Shown here piece by piece: positions 37,748-46,881 of a stretch of DNA of 64,000 nucleotides (its first letter is position 1; the number at the start of each line of letters is the position of its first letter). Below the pieces are notes generated by a model. It saw only the letters and a list, made by a program, of their open reading frames with translations, searched no databases and had not been told where the DNA came from. This DNA is from an uncultured Candidatus Saccharibacteria bacterium (GTDB lineage Bacteria; Patescibacteriota; Minisyncoccia; Portnoybacterales; UBA2143): the NCBI GenBank assembly GCA_964594155.1, contig CAZQLH010000001.1:1448-65447 (forward strand). Direction: 5' to 3'. The translations under genes and the position numbers were made by a program.

Positions 37748-38431
37748 ATGAATAAAAAGTTAAAAATTAAAGATTTGCCGCCAATTGATCGCCCAAGAGA
37801 GAAAATGAAAGCTAAAGGCCCGCAAAACCTCAAAGACGCAGAGCTTTTAGCTATTCTTTTAGGAACTGGCTATCAAGGCAAGAATGTTCTTGAATTAGCT
37901 AAATCTATTTTATCTAAATATAGGGGCAAAAAACTGATTTCTTTGAATTACGATGAATTAGTGAAAATAAAGGGGATTAGCCAGGCTAAAGCAGCTATAA
38001 TCCTATCAGCCGTAGAATTAACTAAAAGAGCTTTAAAACATAAAGATGATGATACTTTGCCAATAATCAAGTCAGTTAAAGATGTTGTTGCTCAATCTGT
38101 CTATATGAGGGATAAAAAGAGAGAACATTTCCAAGTCATATACCTTAACGCTAGAAATGAGATGATTGATAAAAAACCAATGTTTGTCGGCACTCTTAAT
38201 GTTAATTTAGTTCATCCAAGAGAAATCTTTGCCAGAGCTGTAGAAAACAATTCTGCATCCATTATTTTAGTTCATAATCATTTATCTAGCGACCCAGAGC
38301 CATCACAGGATGATATTGAAGTTACCAAGCGCATTGTTGAAGCTGGCAAGATAATGGGGATTGAGGTCTTAGATCATGTAATTATAGCTAAAAACAAGTT
38401 TTTCAGCTTTTCGGAGAAAAAATTACTCTAA
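37748..38431 (+). CDS. radC: RadC/JAB-domain protein
   Basis: RPREK, ELLAILL, VHPREIF, HNHLS..P.PS.DD, LDHVII. Confidence 0.92.
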   Translation: MNKKLKIKDLPPIDRPREKMKAKGPQNLKDAELLAILLGTGYQGKNVLELAKSILSKYRGKKLISLNYDELVKIKGISQAKAAIILSAVELTKRALKHKDDDTLPIIKSVKDVVAQSVYMRDKKREHFQVIYLNARNEMIDKKPMFVGTLNVNLVHPREIFARAVENNSASIILVHNHLSSDPEPSQDDIEVTKRIVEAGKIMGIEVLDHVIIAKNKFFSFSEKKLL

Positions 38432-38494
38432 TTTTTTCGTAGATCCGCCTCTGGAGGAAAAGAAAAGAAATTGATTTAATTTGTAATGTATTTG

Positions 38495-38562
38495 CGTGAA
38501 TTTGTGTCACTTTTACTAAAAATTCACGGTATATTGACATTTTATCGTGAATTTACTACAAT
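38495..38562 (+). promoter_or_regulatory. Fic promoter with probable operator repeats
   Basis: TTGACA-17 nt-TACAAT; AAATTCACG/CGTGAATTT inverted repeat around the -35, third copy at about 38496. Confidence 0.6.
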
Positions 38563-38568
38563 AGTAGT

Positions 38569-39471
38569 ATGACTATATCAAAAGACATTAAAGAAAAAAT
38601 TAATACATTAAAACAAGAATATGATTCTTTAAAGAAAGACAAAGAATCGCTTTTGGATATTGTGTTTGAATCAGAGTTGCCAGAATCTGTCTATAACTCA
38701 AACGCTATTGAAAATTCAACTCTTACTATTTCTGAAACAGAAAAGATTCTTTTAGATATGGAAGTTTCCCGCAATGTATCAGTGCGTGAAGTTTTTGAAG
38801 CAAAAAATTTGGCGCGAGTATTTGAATATATAAGAGGCAAGATAAGCGCGAAAAATGTTGATAAGGAATTTATCTTGCTATTGCATAAGATGTTAATTTC
38901 AAATATAGACGAGGGAATTGCCGGCAGATTTCGGAAACAACATGAATATGTCAGAGTTGGGACGCATATTGCGCCTGCTTCAAAGCATATCAATAATATG
39001 ATTAATGCCATGCTTTTAGAATATTCAAGCCGCCACACAGAATACTTTCTTGAAAAAATTGCCAAATTCCATCTTGAATTTGAACACATTCATCCATTTT
39101 GCGATGGTAATGGAAGAATTGGGCGCGTGTTGATCAACTATCAATTAATACAGCTTGGATTTCCGCCAATTATTATTCGTGATAAGGAAAAAGCCGTTTA
39201 TTACAAATCCTTTGGAGAGTATAGAGATAGTAATAAGAAAAAAACAGCAATTATGAATAAAGTTTTGTTTTTAGCGCTTTTAGAATCTTTTCATAAAAGA
39301 ATCGCTTATTTAAAAGGAGAGAAAATTGTACGACTTTCAGAATACGCTGAAAAGAAAAATGAATCTGCGTCTATTTTTCTCAATAAAGCCAAGCGGCAAA
39401 CCATTCCCGCTTTCCGTGAAAAAGGAATATGGAAAATCGGAAATACTAAAAAAGACAAGAACAGTTCTTAA
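38569..39471 (+). CDS. Fic-domain protein with an inhibitory motif and a C-terminal HTH
   Basis: SNAIEN, HPFCDGNGRIGR. Confidence 0.92.
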   Translation: MTISKDIKEKINTLKQEYDSLKKDKESLLDIVFESELPESVYNSNAIENSTLTISETEKILLDMEVSRNVSVREVFEAKNLARVFEYIRGKISAKNVDKEFILLLHKMLISNIDEGIAGRFRKQHEYVRVGTHIAPASKHINNMINAMLLEYSSRHTEYFLEKIAKFHLEFEHIHPFCDGNGRIGRVLINYQLIQLGFPPIIIRDKEKAVYYKSFGEYRDSNKKKTAIMNKVLFLALLESFHKRIAYLKGEKIVRLSEYAEKKNESASIFLNKAKRQTIPAFREKGIWKIGNTKKDKNSS

Positions 39472-39485
39472 AAGGACGTCTTAAG

Positions 39486-39554
39486 AGGCCGTGCGTTGAG
39501 AGCTACATCCCTTGCGCTAGTAGGCGAAAGGGTGTACTCGTCAAGGCACGGCCT
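39486..39554. repeat. GC-rich 69-nt hairpin with AGG-N5-CCT-type ends
   Basis: AGGCCGTGC...GCACGGCCT outer stem, TACATCCCTT/AAGGGTGTA inner stem. Confidence 0.65.
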
Positions 39555-39617
39555 ATGACTCTTAGTTTAAAACCAACCAAACTTCAAACACAGATTAAAA
39601 GGGGATATAATAAGAGC

Positions 39618-39926
39618 ATGATAAAAAACCAAAACAAAATTCACGGATCTATAAATAGCTCTGGCAAAAAAAGCGGTAAATTGCGATACAATAGACTGAG
39701 AATATTAAAAAAACATAAAGGTAAGTTTAAAAAGATTGACAAGATAACTGTTAAGTATCGTGGGGATTCTTTTATAGCACAAATAAACAACAGATTGTTT
39801 AGTGTTTATGGAGAGATTGACGATGATAAAATAGAAGAATGGTTTGGAAATAAATATATAAAAATTAATATTGATATAACTCATTTGTATAATTTAAATA
39901 ATATAGAATTAAAGGAAAAGAAATAA
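39618..39926 (+). CDS. Hypothetical basic protein
   Basis: ORF with TATAAT just upstream; no recognised motif. Confidence 0.5.
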   Translation: MIKNQNKIHGSINSSGKKSGKLRYNRLRILKKHKGKFKKIDKITVKYRGDSFIAQINNRLFSVYGEIDDDKIEEWFGNKYIKINIDITHLYNLNNIELKEKK

Positions 39927-40201
39927 AACAAACTTTGGGTTTGGTTAGAGGAAATACTATTAGAGCCAAGCATATTGGCAAGGATATTTTAGCTGGCTTA
40001 AGAAGCATTGTTGGCGGAGAGATTAAGGAATACACAGAAGCGTTGTCTAAAGCAAGAGAAGTGGCAATTAAAAGAATGATTGAGCAGGCAAATGAATTAG
40101 GAGCAGATGCGATTATTGGCGTTAGATTTACTACTTCTCAAGTTATGGCTGGCGCAGCTGAATTATTAGTTTATGGAACAGCCGTAAAACTAACTGAATA
40201 A
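39902..40201 (+). pseudogene. 5'-truncated duplicate of the YbjQ-family gene
   Basis: Identical to 42103-42369 from TTG 39935; lacks MILTTS; in-frame TAA at 39899. Confidence 0.7.
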
Positions 40202-40298
40202 GGCGGTTTTTATTAAAATAAATAAAGGATTTGGAGGGGTGAGGAGTTCTTAGAAAGAAAAAATCGCCAAGTCGGCGGTTTTTTGATATAATATGAAT

Positions 40299-40610
40299 AT
40301 GGATAAGGAACAACTATTTTTGAATAAATTACAGAGATGGATGGGCAGGCCTATTTATTATAATAAATATTTTTATTTGGATAAATGGAGTTTTGTTCAT
40401 TTTGTTTTTGGGTTAATCTTGGGATTTATTTTTTCCCGTTATTTTCCTGTTAACTACGCTTGGTTGATTGTCTTGAGTATATTAATAGTTTATGAGCTTT
40501 TTGAAACGGCGATTTCTGGATATCTTTACAGAAAGGAATTGATACTTAATAAAGTTTGGGACATATTGATTGGCATGGCTGGTTTTTTGATTATTTGGCT
40601 CTGGTTTTAA
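40299..40610 (+). CDS. Small membrane protein, copy 1
   Basis: DKWSFVHF...YE.FE...E...N...D; paralog at 42428. Confidence 0.75.
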   Translation: MDKEQLFLNKLQRWMGRPIYYNKYFYLDKWSFVHFVFGLILGFIFSRYFPVNYAWLIVLSILIVYELFETAISGYLYRKELILNKVWDILIGMAGFLIIWLWF

Positions 40611-40632
40611 AATATAATCTAAAAATCTAAAT

Positions 40633-41268
40633 ATGAGGAATTTTTCAAGGATTGGTAAAATCTTAATAATTTCTGTTTTGGTTGTTGCTGGCGTATTTGT
40701 TTTTGTTCGTTTTAAAGATAACAATGAATATATTGTTAAAGTAATTAAGGTTATTGACGGAGATACAATTGTTATTGAAGGAGGGGAAATAGTAAGATAT
40801 ATTGGAATTAATGCGCCGGAAACAAGCCAGGATAAGGATGATTGCTTTGCCCAGGAAGCATTTAACGCAAATAAGGAATTAATTGAAGGAAAAGAGGTTA
40901 AATTAAAAAAAGATGTTTCAGAAAAGGATAAATATGGAAGATTGTTAAGATATGTCTGGATTGACGATATTTTTGTTAATGAATATTTAGTTAGGCAGGG
41001 ATATGCTTTATCAGCTGAATATCCTCCTGATACAAAGTATGCAGAGCAGTTTGATAATTTAGAAAAACAAGCTAAAGAAGAAAATTTAGGATTATGGTCT
41101 GCGTGCCAAATTAACGGAATTATCTGTTCTATAAATGCGTATGATTGCTCTGATTTTGAAACACAAAAGGAAGCCCAGGGGATTTATGAGCATTGCGGAG
41201 GCGCAAATAATGATATTCATAAGTTAGATAGTGATAATGATAAAATAGCTTGCGAGAGTTTGTTTTAA
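40633..41268 (+). CDS. Thermonuclease (SNase) with an Excalibur-like C-terminus
   Basis: VIDGDTI, VRYIGINAPE, DKYGRLL, C.DF....AQ...LDSDNDKIACE. Confidence 0.9.
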   Translation: MRNFSRIGKILIISVLVVAGVFVFVRFKDNNEYIVKVIKVIDGDTIVIEGGEIVRYIGINAPETSQDKDDCFAQEAFNANKELIEGKEVKLKKDVSEKDKYGRLLRYVWIDDIFVNEYLVRQGYALSAEYPPDTKYAEQFDNLEKQAKEENLGLWSACQINGIICSINAYDCSDFETQKEAQGIYEHCGGANNDIHKLDSDNDKIACESLF

Positions 41269-41295
41269 AAAATTTAATTAAAAAAGGATAAATTT

Positions 41296-41838
41296 ATGTC
41301 AAAAGAAAACAAACAAGAAGAAAAAGAAATATTAAATCTTTTAGAGGATTATTCCAAAGCATTATCGCTTTTAGAAAAGTATGATAAGGGCAAGTTAAAA
41401 ATTGAAAAAGGAATAAAAGATAAGTTTGTTTTAGAATACAAGAATTCTCAGAATGTTATTTCTGAATTAAAAAAGAATTTAATTGCTAAAAAAGAAGCTA
41501 AAGATGTTTTTGGCAATGAAGCTGGAAGAAGATTTGAAGGCGTAGTTAAAAATATTTACCAAACATTTGACCAGAAAGAGCTATATGAATCAGTTGGAAA
41601 TAAGGCGGCTAATCTTTTGTATTTAACTATAAAGGATCATTATTTTACTGATGGCAATAAACGCATTGGTTCTTTCTTGTTTGTCTATTTTTTAGATAAA
41701 AATGATTATTTGTATCGTGAAAATGGAGAAAAAAGAATAAGCAATAATACTTTAGCTGTTTTAGCCTTGCTTATTGCTGAAAGCAATCCAGAAGAAAAAG
41801 ATCAGATGATAGCGCTTGTTACTCAATTATTGAAATAA
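41296..41838 (+). CDS. Fic/Doc-family protein (RhuM-Fic C-terminal type)
   Basis: KAANLLY..IKDHYFTDGNKRIG, LALLIAES. Confidence 0.82.
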   Translation: MSKENKQEEKEILNLLEDYSKALSLLEKYDKGKLKIEKGIKDKFVLEYKNSQNVISELKKNLIAKKEAKDVFGNEAGRRFEGVVKNIYQTFDQKELYESVGNKAANLLYLTIKDHYFTDGNKRIGSFLFVYFLDKNDYLYRENGEKRISNNTLAVLALLIAESNPEEKDQMIALVTQLLK

Positions 41839-41857
41839 AGTATGATATAATAAAAAA

Positions 41858-42055
41858 ATGAAGCCATTGAATATTTTAGGATTAATATTTTTTGCTGTTG
41901 GGGCTTTTGCCCTAATGGGATTTGGTTTTTATGAATTTTTTAGAGATTCAACTATTCCTGCTGTAGTCAGGTGGGGAATTATCGCTATAATATCAGGAAC
42001 AATTATTATTTTAATTTCTCTTATTAAAGAGAGATTAAAGGAAAAAGATTTATGA
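41858..42055 (+). CDS. Small 2-TM protein
   Basis: Two hydrophobic helices; coupled to the downstream gene. Confidence 0.7.
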   Translation: MKPLNILGLIFFAVGAFALMGFGFYEFFRDSTIPAVVRWGIIAIISGTIIILISLIKERLKEKDL

Positions 42056-42369
42056 TTCTTACAACTTCATATAGAATCAAAGGAAAAAAAATAGAACAAA
42101 CTTTGGGTTTGGTTAGAGGAAATACTATTAGAGCCAAGCATATTGGCAAGGATATTTTAGCTGGCTTAAGAAGCATTGTTGGCGGAGAGATTAAGGAATA
42201 CACAGAAGCGTTGTCTAAAGCAAGAGAAGTGGCAATTAAAAGAATGATTGAGCAGGCAAATGAATTAGGAGCAGATGCGATTATTGGCGTTAGATTTACT
42301 ACTTCTCAAGTTATGGCTGGCGCAGCTGAATTATTAGTTTATGGAACAGCCGTAAAACTAACTGAATAA
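42052..42369 (+). CDS. YbjQ/UPF0145 family protein
   Basis: GGEIK.Y, AR..A..RM, GADAIIGVRF, YGTAV. Confidence 0.92.
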   Translation: MILTTSYRIKGKKIEQTLGLVRGNTIRAKHIGKDILAGLRSIVGGEIKEYTEALSKAREVAIKRMIEQANELGADAIIGVRFTTSQVMAGAAELLVYGTAVKLTE

Positions 42370-42427
42370 GGATTTTAAAGAAAACAAAAAAATCGCCAAA
42401 GAGGTGGTTTTTTGGTATAATAAAGAT

Positions 42428-42739
42428 ATGCATAAAGAACTAATGTTTTTCAATAAATTACAGAGATGGATGGGCAGGCCTATTTATAATAAGAAATATT
42501 TTTATTTAGATAAATGGAGTTTTGTTCATTTTGTTTTTGGGTTAATCTTTGGATTTATTTTTTCCCGCTATTTTCCTATTGATTATGCCTGGTTGATTGT
42601 ACTGGGTATATTAATAGTTTATGAATTTTTTGAAGTGGCAATTTCTAAATATCTTTATGGAAAAGAATTAATACTTAATAAAATTTGGGATATATTAATT
42701 GGCATGGCTGGTTTCTTGATTATTTGGTTTTGGTTTTAA
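42428..42739 (+). CDS. Small membrane protein, copy 2
   Basis: Paralog of 40299-40610. Confidence 0.75.
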   Translation: MHKELMFFNKLQRWMGRPIYNKKYFYLDKWSFVHFVFGLIFGFIFSRYFPIDYAWLIVLGILIVYEFFEVAISKYLYGKELILNKIWDILIGMAGFLIIWFWF

Positions 42740-42797
42740 AATATAATCTAAATATACATCATTAAATTATTAGATAAACTTTTTTCAAATGTAATTT

Positions 42798-42995
42798 ATG
42801 GAGTGTCAACAAGAAAAAAATCTAAAAGATTGTCCATGTACTTATTCTGATTGTGATAAAAAGGGAATTTGCTGTGAATGCATTAAGTATCATTGGCAGC
42901 GCAATGAATTGCCAGCTTGTTTCTTTTCTAAGGAAGCAGAAAAGACCTATGACAGGTCAATTAAGAAGTTTATTGAAGATCAGGAAAATAGATAA
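42798..42995 (+). CDS. Cys-rich small protein (DUF6485-like)
   Basis: CPCTY..C..KG.CCEC..YH....ELPACFF....E.TYDRS. Confidence 0.8.
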   Translation: MECQQEKNLKDCPCTYSDCDKKGICCECIKYHWQRNELPACFFSKEAEKTYDRSIKKFIEDQENR

Positions 42996-43025
42996 GAGAT
43001 TTGAAAGAAAAGCTCTTAATAACCT

Positions 43026-43085
43026 AAGGACAGTCCTTAAAATGACGTCCTTGTTCCAAGAACATCATTTTGAAAGACTGTCCTT
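43026..43085. repeat. 60-bp hairpin repeat, right copy (inverted)
   Basis: Reverse complement of 33942-34001 at 53/60. Confidence 0.85.
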
Positions 43086-43150
43086 TAGAATAAAAAAGAG
43101 GTTAATTGTTTTACAATTAGCCTCTTTATTTTGTGTTTGCGAGATGAGAT

Positions 43151-43492
43151 TTAATCAGTACTGAATGGAATGGAGAAATTCCGGAGTTGCGTCCACGGCT
43201 TGTTTTCCTTGATTTGCCCTTTTTCTGCCTCTTGAGAAGCTTCTTCTAAAATTTCTTCTAAGGCAGATCCGATAAATTGGGCAATATGGCGGCAAGGAAG
43301 CTTTTTTTCAAGAACGTTGTTTTCTGTGATTTGCACTGGAATAACCTGCCCGTTGATTTTTTGGTTGCAGACCATTTCAGCTTTTATCCGGATATGGTAT
43401 CTTGCGTCTCTAAAAGTCACGAATCCGTGAAAGCTATCATAGCTTTCATTGTTTTTTCCAGTAAATTTATGCCATTTTCTTATTTCTGCCAT
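43151..43492 (-). CDS. Hypothetical protein
   Basis: SD AAGGAGG, upstream TTGACA. Confidence 0.6.
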   Translation of the reverse strand: MAEIRKWHKFTGKNNESYDSFHGFVTFRDARYHIRIKAEMVCNQKINGQVIPVQITENNVLEKKLPCRHIAQFIGSALEEILEEASQEAEKGQIKENKPWTQLRNFSIPFSTD

Positions 43493-43654
43493 TTTTTAAC
43501 CTCCTTATTTTAATATTTGATTGTTAATATTTTAATTATACCATACCATAGTATAATTTGTCAATTATTAATGGTAATGCGCATATACATTTAAAAGTTT
43601 TTTTGATATAATTAAATAAAGGTCGCAGGAATAAAATAAATAAAATATAAAAAT

Positions 43655-44482
43655 ATGGATAAGATTATTGAAATAAATGAGAAAATAAATAAGAAAATAA
43701 ATAAGATGAGAAGCGGCAAGGTTTTTTCTCGGATAGTTATTGGATTAATTGTCTTGATACTTGTCTTGGGCGCTTTTGGAACTGTTGGAGCAGGCGAGCG
43801 AGGAGTATTGCTTCAGTTCGGAGCAGTTAAGAATAAAGTTTTTGATGAGGGTCTTTATATCAAAATACCTTTTATTCAGCAAGTCGTTATAATGGATGTA
43901 AAAATCCAAAAAGATGAAGTGCCAGCCACAGCTTCTTCCAAGGATTTGCAGATAGTTACTTCAAGAATTGCTTTGAATTATCATTTACTGCCAGAATCAG
44001 TTAATAAGATTTGGCAGGAAGTAGGCAAGAACTATAATACTAGAATTATTGCTCCAGCTATTCAGGAGTCAGTTAAGGCGGAAACAGCCAAGTTCACGGC
44101 TGAAGAATTGATTACTAAAAGAGAAACAGTAAAGGATCAAATTAAAACAAATCTGGCAAAAAGATTACTGGAAAATTTTATCATAGTTGATGAATTCAAT
44201 ATTATTGACTTTGATTTTTCAGCTGCTTTTAATGAAGCTATTGAAGCTAAAGTTAAAGCAGAACAGTTAAAGCTTAAAGCAGATAGGGATTTAGAAAGGA
44301 TTAAAATTGAAGCAGAGCAGAGAGTAGCTGACGCGCAGGGAAAAGCAAAGGCAATCCAGATAGAAGCGCAGGCATTGCGCGCTAATGCTCAAGTGGTTGA
44401 ATTGCGCTGGATAGAAAAATGGGATGGCAAGGTTCCAACTTATTGGGGACAAGCCAGTCCTTTTATTGGGATTAATAGATAA
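43655..44482 (+). CDS. SPFH/prohibitin family protein
   Basis: GERGV, SKDLQ, AEELIT.R, AIEAK, IEKWDG. Confidence 0.92.
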   Translation: MDKIIEINEKINKKINKMRSGKVFSRIVIGLIVLILVLGAFGTVGAGERGVLLQFGAVKNKVFDEGLYIKIPFIQQVVIMDVKIQKDEVPATASSKDLQIVTSRIALNYHLLPESVNKIWQEVGKNYNTRIIAPAIQESVKAETAKFTAEELITKRETVKDQIKTNLAKRLLENFIIVDEFNIIDFDFSAAFNEAIEAKVKAEQLKLKADRDLERIKIEAEQRVADAQGKAKAIQIEAQALRANAQVVELRWIEKWDGKVPTYWGQASPFIGINR

Positions 44483-44487
44483 AAAAC

Positions 44488-44814
44488 ATGAGGCCAGAAA
44501 AATGGGAAAACTTAATAGGAGATATTAAGGATAAGTTTGAAGTTGAAGAACATGATAAAGAACATCTTGATGAACAAGGCGGCACAGATATTGAATATAT
44601 TATCTTTAAAGGCCCTTTGGGTCGGATGAAATTGGAGTTTATTACCAAACCAGTTATTTTAGATAAAAAGACCAGTTATTCTAGGCGAATTGGCTCTCAA
44701 GTAGATATTGAATATATTTACAGCGAGGATGAGAAAACCCATAGATTAACAGCTTATAAATGGGATACAGCGCAGAATGAATGGATTGAGATTAATGCTG
44801 ATAGTTTTGAATAA
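44488..44814 (+). CDS. Conserved hypothetical protein
   Basis: Operon-embedded ORF; F.GPLG...LE...KP. Confidence 0.7.
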   Translation: MRPEKWENLIGDIKDKFEVEEHDKEHLDEQGGTDIEYIIFKGPLGRMKLEFITKPVILDKKTSYSRRIGSQVDIEYIYSEDEKTHRLTAYKWDTAQNEWIEINADSFE

Positions 44815-44833
44815 TTATAGAAAGAATAATTTT

Positions 44834-45406
44834 ATGAAAATTAAAACAGCTGAATTTGTTAAGGGGATTATTGGGACTAATAAGATTTTAGAGGATCAAA
44901 AACCGCAGATTGCCTTTATAGGCAGGTCTAATGTTGGCAAGTCAAGCGTGATTAATTCATTAGTTGATAGAAAAAACTTGGTTAAATCCGGATCCAGACC
45001 TGGTAAAACCCAGCAGATTAATTTTTTTTTGATTAATAAAAAAATATATTTTGTTGATTTGCCTGGCTATGGTTTTATTAAGGTCTCTCTAAAGCAAAAG
45101 GAAAAAATCAGAAGGATGATTCTTTGGTATTTATTTCGCTCAGGAGTAGAATTTAAAAAAGTGGTTTTAATTATTGACGCTAAAATTGGATTAAGCGAGT
45201 TTGATAAAGAAATGCTGAATTTATTGAATAAAAATGATTTTCCAGTTGTTATTGCGGCTAATAAAATAGATAAATTAAAAAAGAATGAAATAATTAAGCA
45301 AATAAAGGCAATTCAGGATATAGTTGGAGATAATAAAGTTATTCCTTATTCAGCTAAAACCCAAAAAGGCCAAAAAGAGCTTTTAAATGAAATATTTGAG
45401 TTATAA
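44834..45406 (+). CDS. engB: Ribosome biogenesis GTPase YihA/YsxC
   Basis: GRSNVGKSS, PGKT, DLPGYG, NKID. Confidence 0.93.
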   Translation: MKIKTAEFVKGIIGTNKILEDQKPQIAFIGRSNVGKSSVINSLVDRKNLVKSGSRPGKTQQINFFLINKKIYFVDLPGYGFIKVSLKQKEKIRRMILWYLFRSGVEFKKVVLIIDAKIGLSEFDKEMLNLLNKNDFPVVIAANKIDKLKKNEIIKQIKAIQDIVGDNKVIPYSAKTQKGQKELLNEIFEL

Positions 45407-45435
45407 AAAGGATTGGCCTGTTGCGGTCAATCCTT

Positions 45436-46302
45436 TTATAAATACTCGTCAAGCGGGAACTTTTTTGTTCCAGTAACAAAGATTTGGCGAAGTTCTTTTA
45501 GAGCTGCTTTTTCAGATAACCTAATTGCTTCTCTAGTGATTTTGAATTCTTCTCCTATTTCTCTTAATGTATGATTTTCTTCAATTCCGATTCCAAAGCG
45601 CATTCTTAAGATTCTTTCTCTTCTTGCAGAGACATAACACAGCATTTGGCGAATTTTTAGCTTAAGCTGTTTTGTGTAAAGAATATTTTCAGGATCATGT
45701 TTGCTGTCTTTTGTTAAAAATCTTTTTACAGTGAATTTATCAGAATTATTTCGGTTTTTTCTTCCAGATATAGGCGTATTTTCAGAAATGCATCGCGTTT
45801 CTTGGATTTTTGCCATTATTTTTTTTGCTTTTTCAATAGGTTTTCCAGTTTTAACTGCTGTTTCTTCAAAAAAAGGCAGTTCATTGTTTTTTTGAATCAT
45901 TTGATTCTTTGTTTTATTGTAATTGCTAATCCAATTGATTATATTGATTGGCAATTCAATAATCAGGTTTTGCTTATATTGCGTTCTAATAATTTCTGCT
46001 TTAATCCAATATTGAGCGTAAAAGGAAAATTTTTTTCTTTTTTTAGGATCAAACTTATCAATTGCTTTTATAAGCCCTATATTTCCTTCTTGGATTAAAT
46101 CCCATAAATCCAGAATGCCAAAATAATATTTTTTAGCTATTTTAATCACTGATTTTAGATTTGAATTGATTAGCTTGGTTTTGGCTTTCTCGTCTCCATT
46201 TTCTTTTATTTTTTTAATCAGTTCAATTTCTTCTTTTTTGCTTAAATAAGGAAAAGAATGAACTTTGCTAATGTATTTTCTTAATTCTTCTCTATGCTCC
46301 AT
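45436..46302 (-). CDS. Alternative sigma-70 factor (group 2/3-like, no region 1.1)
   Basis: [38 protein letters not shown]; SD GGAGGTG. Confidence 0.88.
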   Translation of the reverse strand: MEHREELRKYISKVHSFPYLSKKEEIELIKKIKENGDEKAKTKLINSNLKSVIKIAKKYYFGILDLWDLIQEGNIGLIKAIDKFDPKKRKKFSFYAQYWIKAEIIRTQYKQNLIIELPINIINWISNYNKTKNQMIQKNNELPFFEETAVKTGKPIEKAKKIMAKIQETRCISENTPISGRKNRNNSDKFTVKRFLTKDSKHDPENILYTKQLKLKIRQMLCYVSARRERILRMRFGIGIEENHTLREIGEEFKITREAIRLSEKAALKELRQIFVTGTKKFPLDEYL

Positions 46303-46564
46303 TTTTGTTCACCTCCTTTTTTATTTATTTGATTGTTAAATAACTTATTCTTATTTAATTAAAGTATAATATTTTTTGAATGTTTTTACAATAAAACAAG
46401 GAGCTTGATTTGAAATAAAGTTTAGATTAATTTTATTTTCTGGATAATTATAATCCAGGAGTATGTTTTTAAAATATTGACTTATTTTTTTTAATATAAT
46501 ATAGTATTATAAAATAAATTTACGCAGTGTTTTTTAACATTTTTTAACTATAAAGGAGGAAAAG

Positions 46565-46792
46565 ATGGCGGAAAAATGTGTGGCTTGCGGGTTTAGACTT
46601 GATGGATTGGTTACCTTGGGAGGGACCTTAAGGCTTTATTATGGAAACAAAGGGTCTTCAAAAAAAGAGGTTGTTACCGTTGATTTTTCAGATATGGCAT
46701 GCAGCAGCCAATGTGTTTTAGAAAGAATCAGAGAAGCTCTAAATAATACTGATTTGCCAAAAGAATCGCCGGTTTTTGCAAAACAGTTATAA
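46565..46792 (+). CDS. Small Cys-motif (zinc-finger-like) protein
   Basis: CVAC...CSSQC; SD AAAGGAGG; promoter and terminator present. Confidence 0.65.
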   Translation: MAEKCVACGFRLDGLVTLGGTLRLYYGNKGSSKKEVVTVDFSDMACSSQCVLERIREALNNTDLPKESPVFAKQL

Positions 46793-46881
46793 TACAAATT
46801 AACAAGAGAGAAGAGGAGAAAATATTTCCTCTTCTTTTTTTTAAAAAAATTTGGTAGAATTAGATTATTAAGATAAAGATT

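Noticed and set aside
33941-43085. Classical integron
   Set aside because: No integrase, no RYYYAAC/GTTRRRY attC ends, and the genes carry their own promoters.
42853-43513. Track ORFs 42853-43164 and 43277-43513
   Set aside because: They overlap better-supported genes and the hairpin repeat; shadow ORFs.
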